From positions 1-64,000 of the forward strand of contig JBGAHS010000005.1 in the NCBI GenBank assembly GCA_044226015.1: DNA of 64,000 nucleotides, read 5' to 3'. Numbering within the stretch: the stretch's first letter is position 1; every line of letters begins with the position of its first letter. Source of the stretch: Candidatus Obscuribacteraceae bacterium. Lineage in GTDB: Bacteria; Cyanobacteriota; Vampirovibrionia; Obscuribacterales; Obscuribacteraceae. Positions 13,046 through 22,072 of this stretch are shown in pieces. The notes beneath the pieces were generated by a model, which was given only the letters and a program-made list of their open reading frames with translations, did no database searches and was not told where the DNA came from. Made by a program: the position numbers and the translations under genes.

Positions 13046-13279
13046 TTATTTTGCTGCTGGCTTAGCTTCTTCTTTCTTCTCAGAAGATTTGTCAGCCTTT
13101 TCAACCTTGTCGGTCTTTTCGCATTTCGATTTATCGCCGCCGTCTTTGCAGCACTCATCACCGCCACTGGCCTTCTCGCATTTCTTCTCACATTTCTTGC
13201 CTTTCGCTTCGACAGGGCTGCCGACAGTGAAAGAACCGCCTAAAACGAGAAGCGCCATGAACGGAATCAAGTTCTTCAT
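13046..13279 (-). CDS. Small secreted Cys/Lys/Glu-rich protein
   Basis: AGGAGA RBS, signal peptide ending VEA, mature part KKCEKKCEKASGGDECCKDGGDKSKCEK. Confidence 0.75.
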   Translation of the reverse strand: MKNLIPFMALLVLGGSFTVGSPVEAKGKKCEKKCEKASGGDECCKDGGDKSKCEKTDKVEKADKSSEKKEEAKPAAK

Positions 13280-13309
13280 TTCATTCTCCTAAGATGATGT
13301 GGATTGCAG

Positions 13310-14707
13310 TTAAAGTTCGATACTCAATTCATTGAGAGCTTCTTTCAAGCCCACTCGCATTCTCTCACAGTAATGCAATGCTTGAATTGCCTTATCGATG
13401 CGCAGTCTGCCCACTGCGACGAGGTTCTGGACTTCCTGTGCGGCGTCCACTGTTTTTCCGCCAACCTTGCCAGCTGACGCTAGAATCTGCGCGATATCGC
13501 CGCCGTGTTTGGCTTTGACCCGCTTAGCCATCTCGAGGTCGTCATCATTAACGAGACCTGATTGCTTGAGTAAATCAACCACACGCTGAGCTGTGACATT
13601 GTCTTTTGATTGTGGCGCAGCTGCTGCCGGTTGAGAAGCTGGTCTTGGTGGAGGTGCGGCATGCTGCTGCTGTGGTCTTGCTTGCTGACCCGTTCGTGCT
13701 TGTCTTGCTGCTTCTGGGTTCTTTGCCCATTCAATTATGTCGTCATCAAGATTGCCACCGAGCTCAGCGGCTCTTCTCATTGCCAGAACCGATTGTTCAG
13801 GCGTAAGCTTTCCGTTTCGCACCAATTCTTGCAGGCGTAGCGCTGCATCCAGCCCTTTCTCAGAGATGATGCCGCCACCAACAAAAAGCTGACCAATCAG
13901 AATGTTCGCCTGACCAGACTTATTAATCAGGTCCATCATATGGAAGTCGGGCAGCGGAATATCAGGAGCTGGTGCCCCAAAGCCCTGTCCCTGGTTATTC
14001 TGGAATGTTGGCTGGAACCCTTGTTGTGGTTGCTGAGGTTGCTGCTGATAGGGTTGCTGATAGGGCTGCTGATAGGGCTGCTGGTATGGAGCTTGCTGCT
14101 GCGGATACTGCTGTTGTTGCGGCGGATATTGCTGCTGATATGGCTGCTGTGGTTGTTGATATTGGGGCTGCGGCGGATATTGTTGCTGCTGTTGTGGTGG
14201 ATATTGAGGTTGCTGCTGAGGCGCTTGAGGCTGCGGCGCTTGCTGCTGCTGATATGAAGATGTGCCGTAATTCGGAGCATAAGGCACCGGAGTCGTCGGA
14301 ATCACCGGAATGTCTTTTGCTGGAACGATGTCGGGACCATAACTTGGTTGCAATTCGGCTGGAATTGAAGCGGAGCCTCCTTTGGGTTGGCATGACATGC
14401 ACACCATGTCAAATACCATATCCAGGTCGCTCTGTGGAAGGCTGAAAAGCTGTGGACCAGAAGATTCCGAGCCTTCATACATTGACCAGACGGTCTCATT
14501 GCATCCGTGGTCGAAGACACAAGTGATGATATATATCGGCGACATGGGGGTCGGTCGAATAGGAAGCTCAAATATGGTGCCACGAATACGCAGCGCACCG
14601 GTAAACAGCGCTGATATATCTTCTTGCTTCGGTGCACGCTCAGTGAGCGGTAACTTGTGCCTGCTTGGTTCTTTTGGAGGACCTGAGGACCGTTGGGGCT
14701 TGAACAT
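13310..14707 (-). CDS. Protein with unnamed N-terminal domain, Gln/Pro/Tyr-rich linker and MshEN-like C-terminal repeats
   Basis: LIGQLFVGGGIISEKGLDAALRLQ and VVDLLKQSGLVNDDDLEMA...IAQILASAG resemble the RLGxxLxxxGLxxxxxLxxALxxQ MshEN motif; YQQP repeats. Confidence 0.7.
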   Translation of the reverse strand: MFKPQRSSGPPKEPSRHKLPLTERAPKQEDISALFTGALRIRGTIFELPIRPTPMSPIYIITCVFDHGCNETVWSMYEGSESSGPQLFSLPQSDLDMVFDMVCMSCQPKGGSASIPAELQPSYGPDIVPAKDIPVIPTTPVPYAPNYGTSSYQQQQAPQPQAPQQQPQYPPQQQQQYPPQPQYQQPQQPYQQQYPPQQQQYPQQQAPYQQPYQQPYQQPYQQQPQQPQQGFQPTFQNNQGQGFGAPAPDIPLPDFHMMDLINKSGQANILIGQLFVGGGIISEKGLDAALRLQELVRNGKLTPEQSVLAMRRAAELGGNLDDDIIEWAKNPEAARQARTGQQARPQQQHAAPPPRPASQPAAAAPQSKDNVTAQRVVDLLKQSGLVNDDDLEMAKRVKAKHGGDIAQILASAGKVGGKTVDAAQEVQNLVAVGRLRIDKAIQALHYCERMRVGLKEALNELSIEL

Positions 14708-14809
14708 CTCGATTCCGATCCTGTCGGAGTTGCTTACAGGAAATTATGCTAGTCATTTGCCTTATGCCCATTCTTGGCAAGAATTGCGCACAAGCGTTGG
14801 AAAATGATA

Positions 14810-17485
14810 CTACCAAGCTCGGGTAATTTTGCCATCAGCTTGTCTTATACATGGCGCCCAGCACAAGCAAAAGCTCGTGACATTGATGTTTGACTTCTTA
14901 AGCGCGACTGTAATCTGTTCCAGAGGTTGGCTTGTGGGATCAACCTTGGATTTCAAGTCTGTCATCTCTCTTGCAAAAGAATTTTGCAATTGCTCGAGTT
15001 GTTCTTCAAGTCGGTCAACAGTTCCTTGTGCCTGATCGACTTCCATATGCGCTCGATTTACTCTTGCCATCTTGTTTGCCGCACTGGATGCACGCCGGAT
15101 GTTTGTGCTGCTAATAACTTTCTTGCCTACTAAAGCCTGAAAAATAGAGGCGCCAACATTTAGTGAAGATTCGACTTCCACCACTCGTGCTTCTGATTGC
15201 TCTTGATTAAGATTCTGGTGTGCCTTGGCAAGTCTCTCTTCTAATGCTGCGAGTTTCGGTTCGTACTTCAGTGACAATTCTGCAAGCAACTGGTCTCGTT
15301 TTTCTCTAGAGGACTGCTGAAGGCGAATGCGAAAGTCGCGTTCTGTTTCGCCAGGTACCGATGTCCACCCGGTGATGGGGCAGGCGAAAAGCTCAAGTTT
15401 TTTGTTATGTAGCAACCATGTGATGAAGTCTTTATTCCAGGTGCGATAGTTGTCTGGAATCGTTGCTTCCGATGGAATCGCAGAGAATTCGATATTGGGT
15501 TGAGGATCTTTATCTAACTCTTCACTGCCAAATTTTGTTGAGAACGCCTTTTCCCAGTTCACTGAAAAGGGCTCTACTTTGAGCAAAGTCATCATGTTTG
15601 TGATTTGGACAAGGTCAATTTCTGGCTTTGTATCTGTAAATCGTAACTGAGCAGAAGCGAAAAGCATTGGCTTGTATACCAGGTTTGCATCAGCTGCGAT
15701 ACTGCTGGAAGTTCTGGCAAATCTTTCGACTATCTCGGGCGGAAGGATGCTGCGTTTTACTTTTTCTGATGGTTTTGAAATGTTTTTGCTACTATCTGTG
15801 GTGCTACTTGAAGCGTCAGCACTTGTAAAAAATCCGCTGCTGGGTTGTGACTTTGAAAATTTAGTATCTACTGGGCGGGAATTGGCAAATGAATTTGCAG
15901 CTCCTTGCGTTTGTGCATCGGGAAGCTGCGATACCCAATCAGGAACCGGAGCTGTAGATTGTTGTGCTTGTGTTTGGTGCACTTGTGTTTGGTGCACCTG
16001 TGTTTGCTGCGACGCACTTAATTCTTGTTGTGCTGACTGCCGCTGAGAAGTGCTTGCGTTGCTGCCAGCAAATTGAGTTTTTAGCGACTTCATCTGCTGT
16101 CTGGAAAGCGGTCCTTTCAAATACGATAGGCTCCACCTGGTCTTGAAAATCAATGGTTCTTGTTGATGAACATTATTCATCAAAAAGACCTGGCGGCTGA
16201 GTCTTGAAATCAACTTGTCCATTTCCTGGCGGTTAAAACTGCCGCCGCTTTCGCTGGCAGCGCCTTCAAGCCCATCTAATACTCTGAGTTTATCTCGTTC
16301 AGTTTGCAATCTTCCGATAAACCATGTGCCCGTGTTTCCCAGAGCTTTGTAATCTAAGTCCACTGGATTTTGTGTTGCCAGAACCATGCCGAGACCAAAT
16401 GCTCTTGCCTGTTTCAATAATGTTAAAAGTGGTGCCTTTGAAGGTGGGTTCGCAACTGGTGGAAAATAGCCTAGTATTTCATCCATGTAAAAGATGGCTC
16501 TCAGGCTTGAGGTGCCGCTTTGTTTTCGCATCCAGGATACGAGCTGACCCAGCAACAGCGAAACAAAAAACATTCGTTCGGTGTCTGGAAGGTGAGCAAT
16601 TGAGATGATGCTTACTTTATTCTTGCCAGTCTCGGAATAAAAGAGCTTGTCGATGTCCAGGGGCTCGCCTTCCATCCACGCTTCGAATCCCGGTGATGCG
16701 ATGAGATTGTTGATTGAAAGCGCAAACTCATAACGCTCTTTCTTGGGGAAGAAACTTTCTAGTGGAATCGCACCGACCTGCTGTAGAGGCGGAGTTTGAA
16801 TTCTCTGAATCAATGCATGCAGGTCTAAATTCTGATTTTGCTTCCAGCAATTATCTAGAATTGAGCAGAGGAGAATGTGCTCTCTGCTTTTGATTGGGTC
16901 GGCACTAATTCCCAACAGGGCAAGAATACTCGTTGCAGTACTGCTGATGTATTCGCGCAAACTCTCCCTGTCGTCGAGCATATCTTCATCAGGACAATTG
17001 AACGATTTTACAACCGAGAGCGGGATGCCGACGGAGCTGGCAGGGGTGTAGACCGCAAATTCTGCTGATTTCTTTAGAAGTTGAATTCTCTCTTCGCTCT
17101 GATGCCACTCAGCAAGACCATTCTTCCATTTTTGAGCCTGTTCTTCCGCGATCGACTCCACTGTCTTTTGCGCTCGACGTGCTTCGTCCGCATCTATCCA
17201 CGGAGCAAAACTGTTGCCGTTGAGCTCTGGAAAGGTGAGTAGCAGATTAGAGAGGTCACCTTTGGGGTCAATTGCGATTACCGGAATATTGTCGATTGCT
17301 GCCTCTTCAAGTAAATCTATACAGAGCCCTGTTTTCCCGCTGCCGGTCATGCCGACACAAACAGCATGAGTCAGGAGATCTCTTGACTCGTATAAAATCA
17401 GCTCATCGTCGGAACAACCTTGTTTGTCAAGGTCGTATTTCTTGCCCAGGTAAAAAACTCCCAGCTGTTCGTAATCCACGACCAT
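14810..17485 (-). CDS. HerA/FtsK-superfamily P-loop ATPase (DUF87-type) with coiled-coil C-terminus
   Basis: GMTGSGKT Walker A, IDPKGD, YMDE Walker B, RAFGLGMVLATQNP. Confidence 0.85.
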   Translation of the reverse strand: MVVDYEQLGVFYLGKKYDLDKQGCSDDELILYESRDLLTHAVCVGMTGSGKTGLCIDLLEEAAIDNIPVIAIDPKGDLSNLLLTFPELNGNSFAPWIDADEARRAQKTVESIAEEQAQKWKNGLAEWHQSEERIQLLKKSAEFAVYTPASSVGIPLSVVKSFNCPDEDMLDDRESLREYISSTATSILALLGISADPIKSREHILLCSILDNCWKQNQNLDLHALIQRIQTPPLQQVGAIPLESFFPKKERYEFALSINNLIASPGFEAWMEGEPLDIDKLFYSETGKNKVSIISIAHLPDTERMFFVSLLLGQLVSWMRKQSGTSSLRAIFYMDEILGYFPPVANPPSKAPLLTLLKQARAFGLGMVLATQNPVDLDYKALGNTGTWFIGRLQTERDKLRVLDGLEGAASESGGSFNRQEMDKLISRLSRQVFLMNNVHQQEPLIFKTRWSLSYLKGPLSRQQMKSLKTQFAGSNASTSQRQSAQQELSASQQTQVHQTQVHQTQAQQSTAPVPDWVSQLPDAQTQGAANSFANSRPVDTKFSKSQPSSGFFTSADASSSTTDSSKNISKPSEKVKRSILPPEIVERFARTSSSIAADANLVYKPMLFASAQLRFTDTKPEIDLVQITNMMTLLKVEPFSVNWEKAFSTKFGSEELDKDPQPNIEFSAIPSEATIPDNYRTWNKDFITWLLHNKKLELFACPITGWTSVPGETERDFRIRLQQSSREKRDQLLAELSLKYEPKLAALEERLAKAHQNLNQEQSEARVVEVESSLNVGASIFQALVGKKVISSTNIRRASSAANKMARVNRAHMEVDQAQGTVDRLEEQLEQLQNSFAREMTDLKSKVDPTSQPLEQITVALKKSNINVTSFCLCWAPCIRQADGKITRAW

Positions 17486-17562
17486 TTAGCATTCTCTCCG
17501 GCTTCAACGACTGAAGATCATACCCTGAATAGTTCAATCGGATCATCAACTAATTTGGGCAA

Positions 17563-18771
17563 ATGAAATATAATCCTCTGCTCAACGGGAGAACAAGCTT
17601 GGAAGAACGTTCGAAAACCATCGTCATTAATGGTGGCTCTAGCAGTGTCAAGATTTCGTTGTTTGATGCGTCGTCCACTGAATTGTCTTCTGCCGCCAAT
17701 CAGGCGGACCCCATTCTGTGGTCTGAAAATAAAGATTGCAACTTGCTCGATTCTGATGATGCTGAGATATGCAAGCTTTTTGAGGATCTAATAAAAAACA
17801 AACAGATTGCAGCAGAGTCAGTTTTTTGCGTTGGTCATCGAGTCGTGCATGGCGGCGCGAACTTGCGAAAACCGGAGCGAATTGATGACCGTGCTTTATG
17901 CCAAATAGAAGAACTCCGAGAACTGGCGCCTGTGCACAACCCTATCGCAGCAAAGTTAATTCGAGCTTCCCGCAGAGTTTTTCACAAGTCAGAGCATCTT
18001 GCAGTTTTCGATACTGCGTTTCATTCGACTCTCGATGCAGAAGCCTACATGTATCCCCTTCCTTTTGATTGGTACGAAGAATGGGGCATTCGTAAATTTG
18101 GTTTTCATGGAATAAACCATCAATACTGCTCAGAAGCTGTACGTGCCAAGTTTGCTAATAAATCTTTCGGAGCAAGAATTGTTGTTGCTCATCTAGGAAA
18201 TGGTTGTTCAATGAGTGCTGTGAAAGATGGTATCAGCATTGATACCACAATGGGATTCACTCCTCTTGAGGGACTCATGATGGGAGCCAGATCTGGCTCA
18301 ATTGACCCGGGCATCATCTTCTATCTTATTCACGAGAAAAAAATGAGTCCGGAAGATATTGAAAGTTGCATGAACAATAAATCTGGTCTTGCTGGTGTGT
18401 CAGGTTTGGGCAAAGATATGCGTGAAATCGAAAAGTCCATCACTGGTGGAAACAAGAGGTCTCAGCTGGCGTTTAACATGTTTGTAAAACGTGTTGCCGA
18501 GTACGTTGCAAGAATGGCTGTCTCTCTGGGTGGCATCGATACTTTAGTGTTTACCGGTGGCATTGGTGAGCATTCGATCAAGGTTCGTTTGGAGGTTTGC
18601 AAGAAACTTGAGTTCTTGCATCTTTCGCTAGACGAGAAATTGAACTCTGATGCCACTGCAGATGGTGTACTAAGCAGTGCTGACTCAGCAGTTCAAATTC
18701 TAAGAATCGCTGCAAGAGAAGATTTGCAAATCTATCGAGAATGTCAAAAACTAATGAAAGAGGGGGCGTAA
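17563..18771 (+). CDS. ackA: Acetate kinase
   Basis: NGGSSSVK, GHRVVHGG, LAPVHNP, FDTAFH, GFHG, HLGNG, DTTMGFTPLEGL, FTGGIGE. Confidence 0.95.
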   Translation: MKYNPLLNGRTSLEERSKTIVINGGSSSVKISLFDASSTELSSAANQADPILWSENKDCNLLDSDDAEICKLFEDLIKNKQIAAESVFCVGHRVVHGGANLRKPERIDDRALCQIEELRELAPVHNPIAAKLIRASRRVFHKSEHLAVFDTAFHSTLDAEAYMYPLPFDWYEEWGIRKFGFHGINHQYCSEAVRAKFANKSFGARIVVAHLGNGCSMSAVKDGISIDTTMGFTPLEGLMMGARSGSIDPGIIFYLIHEKKMSPEDIESCMNNKSGLAGVSGLGKDMREIEKSITGGNKRSQLAFNMFVKRVAEYVARMAVSLGGIDTLVFTGGIGEHSIKVRLEVCKKLEFLHLSLDEKLNSDATADGVLSSADSAVQILRIAAREDLQIYRECQKLMKEGA

Positions 18772-18842
18772 CTGGGTAAACTGAAAGTGGTATCCGTATG
18801 ACAATTGACCCGCAGAGTCGGCGCAACAGAGGTTAATCGACA

Positions 18843-19742
18843 ATGGAAAAACGAAAGTATGGCAACACAGACATGAACGTTTCGGTGCTGGGCTTCGGAG
18901 GCGCTGAAATCGGATTTAATGGTGTTGGTCAAAGTGATGTTGACCAGTTGCTAAACAGCGCACTGGATGCAGGCCTGAATGTTATAGATACTGCGGAATG
19001 CTATGCCAACAGTGAAGAATTAATCGGTAAAGCCCTTCAAGGAAGGCGAGACGATTACTACCTTTTTACGAAATGTGGACACTCACCTGATAGCTTTGAA
19101 GTTGGGCACTGGGAAAAGCATCAAATAAAAGAGAGTATTGAACGAAGTCTAAAGCGGCTTAAAACTGATCGGGTTGATCTCGTGCATTTGCATAGTTGCT
19201 CACTCGACATTCTAAAAAAGGGACATGTCATAGAGGCTCTCAAAGAAGCAAAAGCAGAGGGCAAGACAAGATATATTGGCTACAGTGGAGATGCTGACGC
19301 GGCTCTGTACGCGATACAAACTGGTGCATTCGATTCGCTCCAAACATCCGTCAACATAGCTGACCAGCAAGCTATCGAGCTGCTGCTACCCGAGTGCACC
19401 AAGCGTAACATGGGTGTGATTGCGAAAAGACCTGTGGCAAACGCTGCCTGGAAAGAAAGAAATTTCCCAAGCTATTTCTACATTCAAGAATATTGGAATC
19501 GATTGCAGAAACTGAAGTTTGATTTCATAGAAGGAAATCTGAGCGAGGAAGTGGCACTAGCACTGAAGTTTACGCTTGCCGTTCCCGGAGTTTGCACCGC
19601 CATTGTTGGTACGACGCAACCAAAGCGGTGGCAGGAAAATGCAAAAATGTTGGATAAGGGACCAATTTCACAGGAGAGCTTTGAAGCTATAAGACAAAGA
19701 TGGAAAGACGTTGCTCCCGCAAATTGGGTTGGACAAATTTAA
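18843..19742 (+). CDS. Aldo/keto reductase
   Basis: VSVLGFGG, IDTAECY, TKCG, SLKRLKTDRVDLVHLH, GKTRYIGYS. Confidence 0.93.
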   Translation: MEKRKYGNTDMNVSVLGFGGAEIGFNGVGQSDVDQLLNSALDAGLNVIDTAECYANSEELIGKALQGRRDDYYLFTKCGHSPDSFEVGHWEKHQIKESIERSLKRLKTDRVDLVHLHSCSLDILKKGHVIEALKEAKAEGKTRYIGYSGDADAALYAIQTGAFDSLQTSVNIADQQAIELLLPECTKRNMGVIAKRPVANAAWKERNFPSYFYIQEYWNRLQKLKFDFIEGNLSEEVALALKFTLAVPGVCTAIVGTTQPKRWQENAKMLDKGPISQESFEAIRQRWKDVAPANWVGQI

Positions 19743-20785
19743 GACTAGCTGCTTTTGCTGGTACCGCATTTGGTGTGGCTGTTTTCGCTGCTTCATTGCC
19801 TTCGATTGCTCAAAATGGGCAGGAAATCAAAAATGAAGACGGCTCTATGTTCATGGAAGAAGTGGACACGCCGAAAAAGAAAACAAAGCAAGCCCCAGCC
19901 CCTCAGGTTGATTTCGGAAGCCTTGGCGTACCCGTTGATCCAAAGGGAAGAATCGTTCCTTTAATTGAACCTGAAGCTGGTCCTGTTCTGCAAAATTCAA
20001 GTCGAATGGAAATAGATTACAGTCCCAGGACGATACTGGTGCCTGGCGCCTACTCTCCAGCGCCTCTCTATGGAACGCCGGGGGTTAATAGTGCTTTTGC
20101 TAACCCATATGCGCCAGGATTTTCTCCCTATGGATTCAGACCCTACGGTGCCTATGGACCAGGCGCTTATGGACCTGGTGCTTACGGACCTTACGGTCCA
20201 GGCGCATACGGTCCCGGTGCATTTGGTAGACCCGGTGCCTATGGTGGACTGTACAACTCACTGTTTCCATTCGGTGGACCTGGCGTTTACGGAGCAACTG
20301 GCGGTTTAGGATTAGGACTTGGACTTGGCGGATATGGCGGACCTGGCGGACTCGGATATGGCGGTCCTGGATACTACGGTGGCCTCGGCTTTGCTAATCC
20401 TGGTTTTTACGCACCAGGAGCCTTCGGAGCTCCGCGGATGTTTGGTGTACCTTATGGTGGCTATGGGGTTCCGGCTGCAGGGATGCCTGGCTCCTATCCG
20501 TTGCCATGGAATCCGCAGTTAAATGGTACTTTCGCAGTTCCGCTGGGAATTCCATGGTCCTATTCGGCTTCGTCAGATGATCCATCGAGCCAGCAGAGCA
20601 ACTATCAATCATCTGGTTCATATTGGAATGGCTTTCCATCAGCATCCGTGTGGTCACCGAATTGGCGCTCACCGTTCTCTGGTTCTTTGTTTGCGCCTTC
20701 AATTACTCAATTTCAGCAACAAGGAAGCATAAAGTCGTTCTTTCCGAAAAGTCTAGACGGCGATGATGATCAGAAGACCAAGTGA
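19700..20785 (+). CDS. Secreted Gly/Pro/Tyr-rich low-complexity protein with GPGAY repeats
   Basis: Signal-like segment ending SIA-Q; GAYGPGAYGPGAYGPYGPGAYGPGAFG. The listed start overlaps the upstream gene, so the true start may be downstream. Confidence 0.7.
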   Translation: MERRCSRKLGWTNLRLAAFAGTAFGVAVFAASLPSIAQNGQEIKNEDGSMFMEEVDTPKKKTKQAPAPQVDFGSLGVPVDPKGRIVPLIEPEAGPVLQNSSRMEIDYSPRTILVPGAYSPAPLYGTPGVNSAFANPYAPGFSPYGFRPYGAYGPGAYGPGAYGPYGPGAYGPGAFGRPGAYGGLYNSLFPFGGPGVYGATGGLGLGLGLGGYGGPGGLGYGGPGYYGGLGFANPGFYAPGAFGAPRMFGVPYGGYGVPAAGMPGSYPLPWNPQLNGTFAVPLGIPWSYSASSDDPSSQQSNYQSSGSYWNGFPSASVWSPNWRSPFSGSLFAPSITQFQQQGSIKSFFPKSLDGDDDQKTK

Positions 20786-20867
20786 TCAATGAATCTCGGA
20801 TTGCTCTTGCAGTGACCTTCATATGGATTGTTCAATGGCTTAGGTTGATCTTTGTGAAGTCCGCTAT

Positions 20868-20910
20868 CGAACGTGAGCGAACGTGAATTAGCGAACTTGA
20901 ATTGGCGAAA
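20868..20910 (+). repeat. Imperfect tandem repeat CGAACGTGA(ATTAG), about 4 units, upstream of htpX
   Basis: cgaacgtgag cgaacgtgaattag cgaacttgaattgg cgaaag. Confidence 0.6.
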
Positions 20911-21018
20911 GCCTGATGAAACAAAGGCTAACAAATCCTTAAAAACTGGAAATTTGGAACAACATGCGTAAAATTTAGTCTGTAAGGTGTGTTGGAATGC
21001 AACATTACGGAGCGAAAT

Positions 21019-21918
21019 ATGGCTGTTGTAGGTAGAGTGTTTTTATTCCTCGTGGTTAATGCAATCATTATCACGACATTGACTGTGTTCGCGAATATTC
21101 TTGGGTTGCAGCCTTATCTAACATCCTATGGGCTGGACGTGAAGAGTCTTGCTATTATGTGTGCCTTTTGGGGCATGGGTGGTTCGCTGATTTCTCTTCT
21201 GATGTCTCGAGCTGTAGCAAAATTCAGCGCAGGCGTTCAAGTCATTCCAGCTGATACCCGTGACCCCGTATTGCGTGATCTGTTGGAGACCGTGCATCGT
21301 TTGGCGGCCAGAGCTGGTCTGAACAAAATGCCGGAAGTTGGCATTTATGATGCACCTGATCCCAATGCATTTGCGACAGGACCATCAAAATCGATGGCAC
21401 TAGTTGCGGTATCAACTGGCTTGCTCTCTCGAATGAGTCGAGAGGAAATTGAAGGTGTTCTTGGGCACGAGATCACACACATCACGAACGGTGATATGGT
21501 GACCATGACGCTGTTGCAAGGCATCATGAACGCATTCGTTATGTTCCTATCAAATCTGATTGCCTTTGCTGTGACGACAGATCGCGATCGTGATCGAGGT
21601 CCGAGCTTACTCTTCTATGTTGTTCAAATCGTTTTGCAGACTGTCTTCATGTTTTTCGGTTCCATGGTCATCGCATCGTTCTCTCGATGGAGAGAATACC
21701 GCGCAGATGCTGGCAGCGCCAAAATTGCGGGCAAGGACAAAATGATTCACGCTTTGCAGCAGTTGGAACGCACTTATGAAATGGTTCTTGAGTCTCCGGA
21801 AAAGCCAGCTGTTGCTGCACTTCAGATTTCCAGTCGACCGAATGGCTGGATGAAATTGTGGGCAAGCCATCCACCTCTGGAAGACCGCATCAAACGTTTG
21901 CAAGAAGGCAACTTTTAG
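21019..21918 (+). CDS. htpX: Membrane zinc metalloprotease HtpX
   Basis: PNAFATG, HEITHITNGDMVT, FSRWREYRADAG, SHPPLEDRI. ATG at 21019 follows GGAG; the ORF track starts at 20989. Confidence 0.95.
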   Translation: MAVVGRVFLFLVVNAIIITTLTVFANILGLQPYLTSYGLDVKSLAIMCAFWGMGGSLISLLMSRAVAKFSAGVQVIPADTRDPVLRDLLETVHRLAARAGLNKMPEVGIYDAPDPNAFATGPSKSMALVAVSTGLLSRMSREEIEGVLGHEITHITNGDMVTMTLLQGIMNAFVMFLSNLIAFAVTTDRDRDRGPSLLFYVVQIVLQTVFMFFGSMVIASFSRWREYRADAGSAKIAGKDKMIHALQQLERTYEMVLESPEKPAVAALQISSRPNGWMKLWASHPPLEDRIKRLQEGNF

Positions 21919-21944
21919 ACTTACAAACCAGGTTCGATCCCAGG

Positions 21945-21980
21945 CAAACTTCCTAGCCAGTAAGGTTAGGGAGTTTGTTC
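21945..21980 (+). terminator. Hairpin downstream of htpX, probable terminator
   Basis: CAAACTTCCTAGCC-AGTAA-GGTTAGGGAGTTTG stem-loop with a short T tail. Confidence 0.6.
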
Positions 21981-22072
21981 GATTAATCAATCGTTGAATT
22001 TCGTTAAATGGCATCCTTTTCATGGGTAATGGAAATGATGTACACTCTTCAATGATTTAGCTGGAGCCGATT

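Noticed and set aside
13936..14637. Several overlapping ORFs in other frames over the Gln/Pro-rich region
   Set aside because: Produced by CAG/CTG-rich low-complexity coding sequence of the 465-aa gene.
14810..17485. HerA ATPase as a HerA-NurA or Sir2-HerA defence system
   Set aside because: No nuclease or sirtuin partner adjacent; neighbours are ackA and a signalling protein.
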